Shown here: piece by piece, positions 29,655 through 49,672 of the stretch
Layout of the letters: the number at the start of each line of letters is the position of its first letter
Position numbering within the stretch: the stretch's first letter is position 1
Source of the DNA: the human T2T-CHM13v2.0 reference genome, Homo sapiens
Strand: one strand, 5' to 3'
DNA: 64,000 nucleotides
Assembly: GCF_009914755.1 (NCBI RefSeq)
Contig: NC_060928.1
Position numbers and translations under genes: made by a program
Notes under the pieces: model-generated
Told to the model about the DNA's origin: nothing
Seen by the model: only the letters and a program-made list of their open reading frames with translations
The model's database searches: none

Positions 29655-29910
29655 TAACAGTAATAATAGCTAATTTTTATTGCACATTTGCTTTGTGCTA
29701 GACACAATTCCAAGTGTTTTGTGTATATTAACTCTTTTAATTATCATACCAACTTATGACATAGATCCTATTTCTATCCCCATTTTTTATTTTAGGAAAC
29801 TTGGGCATAGTGAGGCTAAGTTACCTTCCCAAAGTCAAAGATCTAATACATGATAAAGGCACTATTTAAATTCATGCAGTTCAATGGAGCATTTGATTTT
29901 AAACACTACT
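29655..29910 (-). mobile_element. MIR
   Basis: atagctaatttttattg...ccccattttt...ggaaact...aagttaccttcccaaagtca. Confidence 0.85.
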
Positions 29911-31139
29911 CTTATATTTCACCAGATCCTTTCACATGATGTTATTAAAAGTACAGTTCAAAAACTAAATTTGATAATTGTACAAATTCTTTCCCTAGGG
30001 TGCCTGTCCAAATGCTTTAAATTTTAAATCCACATGTAAAATTTAAAAGACAAGATTATTTAAAACAGCTTTACTTATAATGTTAATGTCTGCATGCAGG
30101 AATCTTATTTGAGAATTGACCTCAAATAGTAGTATATGACAATGCTGAAAAAACAAAGTGATGTTAAAAACAATGAAAACCAATGTTAAGATGCACCATT
30201 TCTCTTGAGATCAAAAAAGAAATTAATAAAACACAACTGTTTCTAAAATCAAAAACATGTTTATTTTTTCTCACATTGCTATTAACTCAGTGCTTAAAAA
30301 ATAATCCATTCTTAATATCTGTTAGGGTTCAAAGATGTTAATTATAAAATTGTTAGTTAAAATCAATGATTTAAAAATATTAGTTAAAACCAAATTGTTG
30401 TCTGGCTTTGCTCCAATTAGGATTATTTAGAGCTTTGCTAATTTAAATAGGTAGACCCCTGAATATAAGAGTAGATTTCTACACATAAATGGCAATAACA
30501 TCAAAATCAGATGATGATTGTTATTCAATGTGGGTGGGATGGGAGGAGGAAGGGAAGCTACAGTTATTAAATGATGATAATATATAGATAACAAAGAGAA
30601 AAAGTTAATTAGAAGACATCAGTTTGCCTGAACTCGATAACATGATTAACTAAAAAACATTCTCCTTGAGAATGTAGAAAGGAGATTGTAGCTGAGCCCC
30701 TCAGTGCCAGTGTGTAAGATTTAGGGCTGAACATTAGCTTAACCAATTTTCTTGGATCTACTTTACCACCTATGATCCTTTGGAGCCATATTCCCCAGTA
30801 AGCACATACAGATGAGTTGGGACATATTGAACCAACTATTTTAGTATCACTTAATTTATCATAAAAATAGACTAATGTTAGAAGGGAGAAGCATGTGGGC
30901 TGAATCCAACTCACGGTAAAAGAGAAACTCAGCAGGGATAGATCTAGAAAAAGATCATGGAAATTCTGACTTCTGACTACTAGCACTAATTACTAGAGTT
31001 AACATTACTTAATAGGCATAGACATACAATAAACGATCAGTTTGACATTCCTCTTCCTATTAATAATAATTGTTCACCATTTCTGCCTATAAGCAAAAAG
31101 CCTCTTATTGATTCCTTTGTAAAACAGAGACAGAGTTTT

Positions 31140-31660
31140 GCACCAACAGTTTCTTAGTAGCAAGCAATAGATATAAACTCCAGCTAATTTTAGCAGGATA
31201 GAAATGTATTAAAGGGCTATTAGGGAGCTCTCAGTATAGTTGGCAGGAATGGAGAATCAGATTAAGTGCTTAAAAGCAGGATTTACACCCAAGGCACACT
31301 TCAGTACTGCTCTGATGATAAAACTGTTGCTGCCTTCATTTGTACGAGGTGCCATATTTTGTACTCTGCCAACATTTCAACCTTATCACAACTGCTAATG
31401 CTGCCAAGAAAGATACCATGCCTCTTGCACCGTTAGCTTCTGAATTAAAGTCTGACTTCGGTACATGTAATTGGCAGAGCCTAGGTCCATTGTTTATACA
31501 CTAGCTTCAAGGGACCCTGGGAAGTGAACATCTTATCTTTTCTCACTTCTGGGATGGGAATCCATTTCTGCTGCTATGAAGACTCATGAATTGTGGAACT
31601 GCCCCATATGGGAAGGATGCCGAGATCTAAGTTGCCAAAAAGAAAGATTGTCTAGTCCAT
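31140..31660 (-). mobile_element. Old MaLR LTR (MLT1K/J-like)
   Basis: tagtagcaagcaatagatataaactccagctaattttagc...; attggcagagcctaggtc...ctagcttcaagggaccctgggaagtg. Confidence 0.7.
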
Positions 31661-31901
31661 GACATTTTTATGTAAAACTGTTCTGAAGAGCCTCTGGCTT
31701 CTGGTCTTGACAGAAAAATCAAGTTAAGTAGTCTCTGAAAATGCTCCAAGGATTCTTACTAAACTCTGTTGCTCAAATAATAGATCTCTCAGAGATATTG
31801 ACATGATCTTGAATTAAAATTCCTAAACTCTTTCATATCTAAGTAGATATCAGTAACTATCAGTTTTTGTAAAGAAATTAGATGACATTTTTTCCTTAGT
31901 A

Positions 31902-32191
31902 TTTTTTTTTCCAAGACAGAGTCTTGCTCTGTCACCCAGGCTAGAGTGCCATGGGATGATCTCGGCTCACTGCAACCCCACCTCCCAGGTTCAAGTGATT
32001 CTCCTGCCTCAGCCTCCTGAGTAGCTGGGACTACAGGTGTGTGCCACCATGTTCGGCTAATTTTTGTATTTTTAGTAGAGACGAGGTTTCACTATGTTGG
32101 CCAGGCTGGTCTTGAACTCCTGACCTCATGATCCATCCGCCTCAGCCTCCCAAAGTGCTGGGATTACAGGTGTGAACCACCACGCCTGGCC
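31902..32191 (-). mobile_element. AluSg-like with TSD CTTAGTAT
   Basis: GACCTCATGATCC diagnostic; TSD on both flanks. Confidence 0.95.
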
Positions 32192-32604
32192 TCTTAGTAT
32201 ATTTTACCTACAGTCCTGAACTGTCAAGCTTCCTTTGAAGCTTGTATTTCTAAAATGTTCTAGAAGCAATAAGAATCAGAGAAAATATTATATTGAACAG
32301 TACTTTGAAATTTCTGTATATATGGAGCACACCTGATTGGGCAGAAAATTTTTAGGTCATGAAATTCAATTTTTAATCAGATATAATGTGTGAGATAATA
32401 CAAACACAGTCTCAAAATTTGTTTTCCAGCTGCAAGCAATAATTATTTTCTTAAGTGATATATATTTTCATAACATTAATATAGGGAAATGCCCATTCAA
32501 CAAAATTTGTCCAAAATGGTAGTTGGATTAGCACCATTAATGCTTCTGTAATACACTCTGCACGCTTTCAATTTTTAAAGAACATTCACGTATGTAAATG
32601 AAGA

Positions 32605-32830
32605 TGGGGAAAGAATATACAGTTTGAAACCAGATAAACATGTTTACCAGCTCTGGATCTGCTATTTAACAACTTTCTTACTTAATTTATTTAACTCTCT
32701 GAGTTTATATCCTTGTCTGTAAAAATGAGGGTGATAATATCTTTCATGAAGGACTGTGGTAGGAATTACCTGAGAAAATGCAAAAGCACATTGCATAGCC
32801 ATGGGCATTTTGTGGTCTCAATAATGGTGG
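32605..32830 (+). mobile_element. MIR
   Basis: ttaactctctgag...tctgtaaaaatgagggtgataata...ctcaataatg. Confidence 0.8.
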
Positions 32831-33388
32831 TGGTTATTTTCATTTTTAGATTAGGGTACTTTAATGTAAACAAGAGGCAAGAAGTAAAGGAAACTACCTT
32901 TAAGATACTTATTGCATAGAGTCTCTGCTTTCTAAAAGAAATGGAGAAGCATTGCTTGGAGTCTCCACATTCTGGAACCTACAAGGATAACTTGGGCATT
33001 TTCTATAAGATACCAGCATGTACACATCAGAGTTACCATCAAGAAATAAAACTAACACACATACACACACACACACACATTGAATAAGCTGGACTGAGGC
33101 AGGTAACCATGGGGCAGAAATGGTCAGATCGAAACAGTCTAATGATCATAACTACTGAGTCATTATCAAAAATCAAGTAGTCAGGCCAATGGAACTTCTG
33201 TTGGATTTTTATGTGACACTGACCTGGCATATACAGGGTCTTAGTCCTCAACTGAGAAATGTGATCAACAGAGAAGCTCACCAGCCACTTTAGAAAATAG
33301 CACCATTTAATAATTTCACAAAAGGCAGCAGGTGCTAAGATGAGAAGGACTTGGAAACTTTCATGGGTATGTATGCACGTGTGTGTAT

Positions 33389-33396
33389 GTGAGAGA

Positions 33397-33436
<40 letters not shown>

Positions 33437-33437
33437 T
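33389..33437. repeat. (GA)n/(GAGATA) simple repeat
   Basis: Read directly from the sequence. Confidence 0.9.
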
Positions 33438-33449
33438 AGCCGTGTGTTA

Positions 33450-33675
33450 GAGACATTGAATTTCACATTAAGAAACTTGGCTTAAAAATCTCTTCCCCAC
33501 TTACTAGCTGTGTAATCTTGGGAATAGTATTTTACCTCTTTCACTATTATTATTATTGAAATAAAGATTAAAATAGTACTTTTCAAGATAATTACAGTGA
33601 AAGTTAACTGCATTTAGGCACAGGAAATCATCTAGAACAGTCCCGGTAATTATTTGGTGTCTAATAAATATTGAG
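33450..33675 (+). mobile_element. MIR
   Basis: ccacttactagctgtgtaatcttggg...tagaacagtcccgg...aataaatat. Confidence 0.8.
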
Positions 33676-35666
33676 TCTTTAAAAATTACATTATTATATA
33701 TGTCATTATTTATCTATTTTGATTGGTCAGTGCCTATGCTGAACAGGTACCTAAATAGTTTGAATATTATCTAATTATTGAAATAAATTTTATCATTTTG
33801 CTAAATGCTAAATTCTAATAGCTAAAGCATTCTGAAAGTCAATAAATATTTTCTCAAACAAACCAAATGCTTTTCTCCCAAAGGACTATATTTCTCTTTT
33901 TCCCTCTTTTCACAGCTCATTTATCCTGATACCTAGACATTGTTATTACATTTGAGCTCTTTCTGGAAAGCCCAGCTGGCATTTCCACAAAAGTTCTCTT
34001 TGCATGCGCTATTTCCCCTCCTGATCTCCTCTGTGAAATGCAGTTGAATTATTTATGTGTGCCATGCTTATTATTTATGTGCTCCACAAAGTGGAGAGCA
34101 AGAGGGAGTACTAACATTTATTCCCCAAGTGGGAGGAGTCAGTAGGAACAAAAAATGTTAGGCCAAATAAGTCACTTAGTAGAATGAAAACAATGGAATC
34201 TTCTATCAAATGCCATTAGCTCAGGACTCGGAGTGTCATGGAGAAGACGTCTAAACCATTTGGCCCACTCAAATGAAGGACAAGAATGTTCTTTCCTGTG
34301 GCACCAAGGCCAAGGAATCATTGGTTAAATAAAATTAGGTGTAAGATGCTGAGTAAAGTTGAAGTCCTGAACTTACTTTGATTATTTGCATGGGTGAACC
34401 TGATGAGGACTCACCTCCTAATGACAAAGCCCATTAATAGGGATTGTTTGGTTTTGGAGGCAAGAGATGGAAAGCTGATAAAGTCAGAGAAATTAAGAAA
34501 ATCATGCTAAGTGATTTTGTTCATCCATGGTGGAGCTTTTAGAAACAAACAAACAAAAAGCAAACAGAACTCTTCTTCTGAGAAGCATAGTAACTTCTTC
34601 CTTTCCTTTCTGTACTGCAGGTATTTATACTGTAGTTATTTTTTAAAAGATGTGAAGATTCTGTGTAATGCAAAAATTCACAACATATCACAGCCAATGC
34701 CCCAAGCAAACAAAAGGGGAAAGTTTTTAGCTCCTACATGTTTCCTGTGAGATTTTGAAATACAACTTCAGACTACTAATTACAGTGAAGTTAGATGAAA
34801 CCAAAGGGCTAACCATTGTGTTGATTCAATTTCACAAGGGACTGAGGTTTCAGTGAGAATTCAATTCATTTTATTTCTTCTGCAGGTTAAGTTACTGTAA
34901 GTATAGAGTGGATTCTGGTAACATATGTCTATGTTTTTTTCATTGGATGAGTTTTGCAAAGTTGCCTCAGAGAATTTCCAAATTGAAAAGAAGAGATGTG
35001 TATTGGTAGTTTTTATAGACAGAGTGCACCTAAATACAGAAACTGTATCTAGATCAACACAAATCTCTCACCACCCATGGGAAATAATTCAAGAGTGTAT
35101 GCTAGACCAATAGTGGGTCAGGAACATTATCTTCATAAGAAAGATAGCACATTATACTTACTTCTGATTTTCACTATTAATTGTTTGTTACCTTAGGCAA
35201 GTCGTCTGGGAGAAGGGATTTAATAATAAGAAAATATGTGTGTCCTTCCTTTCCTAAGTTGGCCAAGGGCACATTTCACTGCTTGAGTTACTCTACTCAC
35301 TAAGAAATAATTCAAGCTCTGTGCTTCTGTACAATTTATGTTTTTCTTGGAACCACAGTGTGAAAGGATCTATTTGCTATGCTCACTTTAATTTTGCTTA
35401 ATATTGGAAGGCCTACATTTATGCAATTATAATTTTAAGCCCATATATTTATAGATAAAATTAATTTCTTAAAATATATTCCATCATATAACATGTTTTA
35501 TAATGCATAATGATGGGATCCATTATTCCTTATCCTAAACAGCATCTTCTTTTCTATTCTTTGCATGATTTGGAATACCCAACAATTAATTACAAAATAT
35601 TTGTTGAACATTTTTATGGAGAGAGTATCCAAACTTTCTTTGGCTTCTGAAAGCCAAGAACACCTC

Positions 35667-36049
35667 TGTCTTAGTTTGTTCTGGCTGCTATAACAACAGA
35701 TAACAATTATCTGTTGTTGACTAGATAATTTATCAACAACAGAATTTTATTGCTTACAGTTCTAGAGGCTTATAAGTCCAAGATCAAGGTGCCAGCAGAT
35801 TCAGTGTTTCTTGAAGGCTTGTTTTCCTGCTCCAAAGATTGCACCTACTTGCAGTGTCCTTACTTGGCAGAATGGCATAAAAGGTATAGATTTTTCTCAA
35901 GCCCTCTTATAAGGGCTCTAATTTCATTCATGAGGGTGGAGTTCTCATGACCTCATCATCTCCTAAAAGCCCTACCTTTAAATACTATGGCACTGGGGAT
36001 TAAGCTTCAACATGATTTTTGAAGGGGCACAAACATTTAAACCATAGCA
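35667..36049 (-). mobile_element. MLT1A-type MaLR solo LTR
   Basis: TGTCTTAG...GCTGCTATAACAA...AAGTCCAAGATCAAGGTGCCAGCAG...AAACCATAGCA. Confidence 0.9.
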
Positions 36050-36054
36050 ACACC

Positions 36055-36470
36055 CCCCACCATCTTATGACTACTCATTACTTTCTCTATACTCCCTCCA
36101 TGGACAATCTCATCCTGTCCAGAGTCTCAATTACCAACAAATTCCTGTGATTCTCAAATTTATCTTTCAAGTTCATTCTTCTGAGCTCTAGATCTTTAAG
36201 ACATTTATAATGGAAAGTTCAGAACTAAATGAATTTATCTAATTTCGCTATCTATCCTTTCCCAATCCCCATACACTTGCTCTTTAGTCTGTTGGCCCAG
36301 ATTAGTTGACTAGAACATTATCAGACTTGCAATCCAAACAAACATATAGGCTTTTCCTTGTTCTTTTATCCCTATGTCCAGTTACCACCTTTCCTGAAGT
36401 CTACTTTTCAAGTCATTTTCATCACTTTTCTCTTTTCTCCTTTCCTGCTGCCCTTGTTCTCTTAAACCAT
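36055..36470 (+). mobile_element. L2 fragment
   Basis: actttctctatactccctcc...tgattctcaaatttatct...ttctgagctctaga. Confidence 0.65.
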
Positions 36471-36479
36471 CACCTAGTG

Positions 36480-36748
36480 CAGTGATTTCCAAGAAGGGCC
36501 ACATACACACACTTGAGGGTGGTCCATGGAAGCCAAGGAAAAACATTTTAGAATTTTTGTTTACTTATTACATAGAAATAAGTAATTCTTTTACATTTTA
36601 CTTCCTGTTTTTTAAATTTCTATGTGACTTTTATGACATATACTTTATGAGTATGTCAAAACATATTACAAAATATGCATGTAAGAGAGGATGCATGCTC
36701 GATTTTTAGTGATAAAAGTTCATCATCAAAAATGCTTGGAGACAACTG
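36480..36748. mobile_element. Charlie4-like hAT relic
   Basis: CAGTGATTTCCAAG...TTGGAGACAACTG terminal inverted repeats; aaaacattttagaatttttgttta. Confidence 0.65.
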
Positions 36749-38254
36749 AGCATTGTTGGAGTCTTCTATCAGGTGATTTGTCTCGGTATTTATATTCTCC
36801 AATATATTTTGCACAATTATTAAAAATATTGCTGGTGTGAATATTGAATAGAACCTTATTCTTGCCAAAGTAAACTGTGTGCTTCATTATCAACTCTAAA
36901 TCTACTTTTCCCATTTCCTCTCTCACCATTTTCCGTATCATATATCCTTTGTATTGTGCCAGGTGAACATTACCATTCTGCCAGATACTCTCCCGTTCAC
37001 GATCTGCTGTCTTTTTGCGTGGGCTGAGCCTTTTCTTCTTTGCCCAGCAAACTCCTGCTCTTTAGAACCCTGGTCAAAATCACTTCCTCCTGAAGACTTC
37101 TCTGACTCTGGAAACAGAATTAGTCACATTCTTGTGTAAAAGAAATAAATTTATGGACAGTGCTATGATTAGCATGAAGTGGGTTCTATTTTAGGTGTCT
37201 CTTCAAGATTTTCTCTCTTCCTGTAGACTGTCTTTAGATTGCATGTTATTCAGCCTAATACCATCCACCACTCCTAGTTCATTGGTTGCCATGCAAGACA
37301 ACTAATGAATTATCTTGCAGAAAATATGTTAATTTAGTGAAAAAATACCAAAAGCTACAGTATCAGGGTATTATTAGAAATTTCACATTATTTTGATAAA
37401 TTAGTTAAGAGTTAAAAAACCAGACTGACATCAAGATCAGTAATTCAGTTGTGCTGTATTAAAACAAAAACACTTTCTTAGTATATTTGTCTGGGAAAAC
37501 CTAATTTTTCAATTTAATCAGTGTTTAGGGCATTTTTTTTAGTTCTTGATGAGTGGAATATTTCATCAGAGACATCTACCTATACAGGATAAAATATGTG
37601 TAATATTTGAGCAAACTTTAATACTATTTCCTATTGCACCAAGACTCAGTGAGAAGAAATGGGTGGATCACTTTTACAGGTACACTAAACTGACAGTAAA
37701 GGAGTTCCTGTCACTATAGCACATTTCCCAAATATCCATGAGTTCTTAGACTACTTGGTCTTTTCTATCCAGCCAAAGGAGGTTCTGCTCTTCAGTGGAT
37801 TCAAACAAGTATCACTGGACAGATATGTGTTCCCTTAGGAAGTCCCAGGCACTCAGTCTTATAAGGTCAGTTCAATGTAGACAAGAGTCACCAGCATATC
37901 CAAGCACATCAAGCATGGTCAAGTGTGCATAAAACTCATCTATTTTAAAACATTGGGTTAAGCGTTATTCATTCATTTAACATTTCAATGTTAGCAGCAA
38001 TTTTTCAACTACTTTCAACAAGTTGCATCAGCAAGATTTGCATTCACAGTTTACAGACTCAAATACTGTGGAGGATGGTCTGAAGACCAGAGAAAGTCTG
38101 ACCACAGAGTATTATTTCCTTGGAATACACTAAGTCCTAAGTGGGGAATGTCTGAAAAATAATTAAGTAACTTAACTAAGAAACTCAGTCATCTTGGTTG
38201 GCCTCCTACAGATACATTTTTGTTGAAAAGTGAGGGAGGAAGGTATTAGTTTAT

Positions 38255-38712
38255 ACTTTAAATGTCTCAATCTCTATTATATCTGTATATAATTAATATC
38301 TATTGTATATAATAGTTCTGTGTAATTTTATTACATGTGTAGATTGCACATGTAGGTCCCTGTAACCACTACCACAATCAAGATATGGAACTATTTCACT
38401 ATTCCACTACTCTGAAGATCTCCCTCACACTACTTTATAATTAATCACATTCATCCTACCTGCCTCACCACTATCACTAACCTCTAATCTGTTTTCCACC
38501 TCTATAATTTTTTTTATTTTAGGAGTGTTATGTAAATGAAATAATTAGTATGTAATCTTTTAAGATTGAGTCTTTCACACACCATAATGCCCTTGTATTG
38601 ATAGTTCATTCCTTGTTATTGGAATAGTATTTCGTGATATAAATGTACAATAGTTTGTTTAATCATTCACCTATTTTAGTATATTTTGGTTGTTTCTTGT
38701 TTGGGGCTATTT
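38255..38712 (-). mobile_element. L1MC/MD 3'-end fragment
   Basis: gtaaccactaccacaatcaagata; ctctaatctgttttccacctctata; tttgtttaatcattcacctatt...ttggggctatt. Confidence 0.8.
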
Positions 38713-39472
38713 CCTATGGACTTTAAAATATATTAACAGCTCTTTTATAATCTTTATCTTTTAAGCCAACATCTGAGACTTTGTAAGATTTTGTAAGTTA
38801 TTTCTATTGACTAGATTCTTTAAAATCTTAATTATGGGCTGTGTCATATTTTCATGGCCTAACTGTTTCACCCTCCTCTTTTTTTTCCTTGTTCTTTCTT
38901 ATTTTTCTTTTCTTTTTGGCAAAATGGCTTTGTTTAATTAATGAAACAGGCTTCCATATTAGCTTCTGGTGTGGTCTTCTAGATATTTTCATGGTGTTTT
39001 ATAATGTCTTCTTTCCCTAGTTATACTTTTATTTTCATTCTATGTGTATCACAATTCCTCACATTTCCTTTACATTTGGCAAAGGAATCAGACAATAAAT
39101 TTTTATGGGAAAGTATTATTCTTGGCAATAAAGATAACACTGTATTTCAAGTCATACATTCTTAGGGTTAAGTAAGAGTTTTTATTTTTAACTATATTTT
39201 AATTTTTATACTAAGAGATTTAAATGTGTTTTTATTATAGTTGCAGCTCAAAGTTGGTTTTACTTTGAAGCATTTCCTGAACTTCAAGGCAGAGGCAAAT
39301 ATTCCAACTATGATATTCCCCAAATTATACAAATATGTCTATTACTATACTGATTATATTTATTATGTTGATTGATTATAGTCATTTTGAGCATAGGCTT
39401 TTTCCTGTTTGATATTACAACCCTAAGGTAATGCACATGAAGGTAGGAAATGTATTTTAATCATTTCTATAT

Positions 39473-45388
<5,916 letters not shown>

Positions 45389-45689
45389 CATTTCTGTATT
45401 TTTCATAGCACTTGTTACATAGCACATGTTTACAAAATACTTATTGAATAAATAGATAATCAAATTAAAGAATAAGTGTATGAAAATGAGATTTGTCTGT
45501 ATTCCCTAGTTATCCTAAACAGTATCTTGAACATTATAAGCACTTATGAAGTATATAAAAAGATAATTGAAATATTTCATGGAAATCCTTTTAATTTCAC
45601 TAATTGAAATTCTATCTGCAATGACTATTCCCTGAGCCTTCTATTTTTAGGCAGAGGGAGGCAATATAAAAAACACTAACCTAAGAATC

Positions 45690-45900
45690 AATTTTAGCTC
45701 TGGTACTCAATTTTTGTTTTTGTGGTATGATTTTGGACAATTCACTTTTACCTTTACAACCCTCAGTATATTCATCTGTAAAATGAAGATAAGACCCAGC
45801 CTACACAGTTCCCAGATTGTTCTGAGGATGGGATGAGATGCTGTAATTAAAAGGATTTTGTAAATAAAAGAGCCTGGTAGAAACATATTGAAATAAATAT
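45690..45900 (+). mobile_element. MIR
   Basis: ttggacaattcactttta...cctcagtatattcatctgtaaaatgaagataa...ttgttctgaggat. Confidence 0.8.
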
Positions 45901-47094
45901 ATTGTCTACAATTTTTGATACAAGTTTTGAAATTAAAAGATAACATTGCATGTTTTTATTATGTACTATATGATGTCTAATATAATGCTTTGAAGTATAT
46001 TATGGAATATCAATTTTATTACATTCAAATGGAAATAATGACTTGAAGGCTCTTTTATTGTGGTGGTCAAACCAATTAGGAGTGTATAGAAGGTCTTTAG
46101 CTCATTTCTAAAAATAAATGTTTATGAATACACAAAAATAGTTTGATACATTTAAAAATAAATTTTGAAGTGCTAAAATATTCAAATTCTAATTTATGCT
46201 AAAGTATGTATTCTGGGAAAGTGTTTTAAAAATTAGATATGTCTAAGTGTTTATTTTTGAGCCAGAAGTGATGATCAGGTCCTTACATATTTTACTTTAC
46301 ATTTCACTGGGAGAAAGTCACATTTCTGAATTCCAGACTAATAGTTGATGTTGGGGCTAATTTAGTTTTTAGCCAAACAGAAATCCAAAATTCCAGTTCC
46401 AGCACTTGGCTATATCAGAATTTCCCAGTTTCCTTGAAAATTTTTATCCTTTATAGATATTTTGAAGGTGCATTTTCAAATTTGTCTTCAAGTCACTAAA
46501 GTAACTCTCAATAGAAATAAGTAAATTGAGTTCACCAATTATTCTAATATTAAAATTTAATTAAATTTTTAAATAAAATTTATGCAAAATTTGAAGCAAT
46601 ATCTAAGTATAAGTCTCCCTTGGAGACTTTCTTTTCTTAGAATAGAAAGGCCAGGCATAAGAGCAAGAGTAATTAAAAACTTATCAGCAACCTTTTAAAA
46701 TCAAGTGTCTGAAAAAGTTATTTAATTTAGGTTAGAATTTAACACAACTACTCTTGATTGGCTGTTAAATGAGTATCCATTAATTATTAAAAATAACATT
46801 TGAAGGTTAACATTTAGCAATTTTGATGAAATATACTCTGTATTGAAGTAGAACACTTTTCACCAAATATGTTTAAATACATATTTGGTAAAGGCTTCCA
46901 TTTTGTTACTTAAGGCCTCACCTAAAAGGGTCTCATTTTATACTGCTGTGTTCAGATTAACTTGTTGATAGAATATTAGAATAGAAATAGTGAAGTACGC
47001 TTTTGAAAACAGCATTTAAGTTAGAACTTAAATTTTCAACAATGTTTAAATTTGTTTTAAGGTATATATCACAACTCTATTAATGCCAATTTGA

Positions 47095-47480
47095 GAATTC
47101 AATCAGCATTTATTGGACATTTATTGAATACTACTATGTTAAAAGCATAATGAGAATACCATGGGGGACTCAGGAAGGTAAAATATATTTTATTTGCTTT
47201 CAAAAAATGCCTGCATTAAAATAAGAGGAATGCACAGTAGGATGTAATAAGATGCAAAATGGGCCAGAAAAAATAATAAGGTTGTTTAGGAAAAATCCAA
47301 AATTACATTTGACTGGAGTGACTGCGAGAGATTCCATGAAAGAATATCCTAAGTAGCCTTTGAAGGGTGAAAAACAAGAGTATATGAACACTGAGCAGGA
47401 AAAACAAACTATATGCAGAGCAGTTTGAACAAAACTATAGAAGAGAAACCATGGAGGCAAGTTTGGGAATCGGTGGAGAG
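47095..47480 (-). mobile_element. L2 fragment
   Basis: acatttattgaatactactatg...gccttt gaagggtga. Confidence 0.6.
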
Positions 47481-48049
47481 TGTTTGCTTGATTGTTGACA
47501 AAAGGTCCTGGTAAAGGGAAAGAGACCTGGTAAAGGGAAATAACTTTTATAAAGTATATTTATGATTTCAATCTAATTATATAAATATGAATTTATGAAG
47601 CTAATTAATGGATGACTAGCTAATTTTAAAAAGTAATGTTACCCTTCACGGAAGATGTAAAATAGATCTCTTTAAAAAGCATCCAGTTTCACTCATAATT
47701 TTTATTCACTTATAAAGCAGACATTTATATAAAGTACTCAAGACAGTATATCTATTTTGGAAAATTAGATCATCTATACAAATACAATTAACATTAAAGG
47801 AGCTCTACCAGTCAGTTCTTTCACCAAATTTGGGTTCAGGAAATTATAAACTTCATTTCAAAGCCCTTCACTGATTAGCATCATCTGGTTTTATCTTTAG
47901 CAAAAGCTTGAGTCTGAATCACAGCAGTCAGGAGAAAGGGTAGACTTTGAAAATATAAAATTTTACCAAACATGGAAGAGAAATAACAATAACAAAAACA
48001 ATGATAATAATATAAAGCATACGTTTTACAGTTTCAGAGAGATTTGTAT

Positions 48050-48260
48050 AGTTGAAACAGCATGGCTTTGAAGTCAGACCATCGTTTTCCAGCAATTTTG
48101 CACATCGTGCAACTTAAATTATCTGAGTTTTAGTTGACTTGGTTGTAAAACAGAACAATTAACTGCTTACTTTCCATGATTATTGTGTGGATTGAATATG
48201 GTAACATAAAAATAAAATATTGAGTTCATGGTAGAGGCAAAACAATTGTTAATCTTCCTC
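48050..48260 (+). mobile_element. MIR
   Basis: agcatggctttgaagtcagacc...acttaaattatctgag...tattgtgtggattgaat. Confidence 0.7.
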
Positions 48261-48596
48261 ATCTATTTCTCATACACATTATCATAACAACCTTGTGTAA
48301 GTGGTTATTATCTATTCATCCACCATATATTTTATGAGCTCTTACTCACATTGACCCTGCATTGGTCTAGAAGGGGAACATCAAACAACAAAACATACAA
48401 AAATGCCACATTTATTAAGATTTTAATAACAAAGCTCTGGGAGAAAATTAGTAAATGGAAAAAGAAAAAAAATGCATGGTATCTTTTTCCTTGAGTTTCA
48501 ATAACTCACCCAGCATATGCTTTAATTTAGATTGGTTGGTTTTGCTTTATTTTAAAACAAGAAATTCTTTTTGGATCCACAGATTTATTTTACCCT

Positions 48597-48639
48597 TGTA
48601 TTAGTCAGGGATCTCCAGAGAAACAGAAACAACAGGAGA

Positions 48640-48671
<32 letters not shown>

Positions 48672-48974
48672 ACACACACACACACACACACGCACAGAAG
48701 AGTTGATGTTGTTGCATCTTGAATCCAAAGGCAGTTGGGAAACAGAATTCTCTCTTCCTCAGAAACCTTAGTCTGTTTTTCTCAAAGCTTTCAATTGACT
48801 GGATGAGGCCCACCCACATTATAGAGGGTAATGTGCTTTACTCAGAGTTTACTTTTAATGATTTAAAATGTTAAGCTAATCCAAAAAATATTTTCACTGT
48901 GACATCTATACTGGTGTTTGACCAAATATCTGGGTACCGTGGCCTAGCCAAGTTGACATATAAAATTAACCTCA
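48597..48974 (-). mobile_element. MLT2-type ERVL LTR with internal (CT)n(CA)n microsatellite
   Basis: TGTATTAGTCAGGGATCTCCAGAGAAACAGAA; GGATGAGGCCCACCCACATTATAGAGGGTAAT; GCCTAGCCAAGTTGACATATAAAATTAAC. Confidence 0.9.
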
Positions 48975-49293
48975 TGATTTTTTATGTTAGGAAAATTTTA
49001 TTCAGGGATTAAGTATAACTTCTTTTTCATTTATTGTATTTCCAGTAATTTTCTGAAGTTTAAAATTTAATAGGTGCAGATTTGTAAGGTTATAAAATCA
49101 TATAGGCTGAAGTGGGTATACTAGTGAAAACTATGTAGACATCATATTTTAAAAACATTTCAAAACTAAAATGAAGGAGAAAAAAATTATGATTTTAAGT
49201 ACTTAAGCACACTGTGTCTTTTAAAATATGATTTCGATATAGTTTCGCTAGGCACCTATTTCAGACAACATGAAGAGTTTTATACCCTGCTAA

Positions 49294-49672
<379 letters not shown>

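Noticed and set aside
33930-34395. SOX/octamer-like motifs (CATTGTTATT, ATTTGCAT)
   Set aside because: Not a proper composite SOX-OCT site; expected by chance in AT-rich DNA.
34590-34905. Plus-strand acceptor-like sites (TTTCTGTACTGCAG|G, TTTCTTCTGCAG|G) and a GTAAGT donor
   Set aside because: No coherent ORF or other support; such sites are common by chance in 64 kb.
47507-47540. CCTGGTAAAGGGAAA direct repeat, 19-bp period
   Set aside because: Ordinary small slippage duplication.
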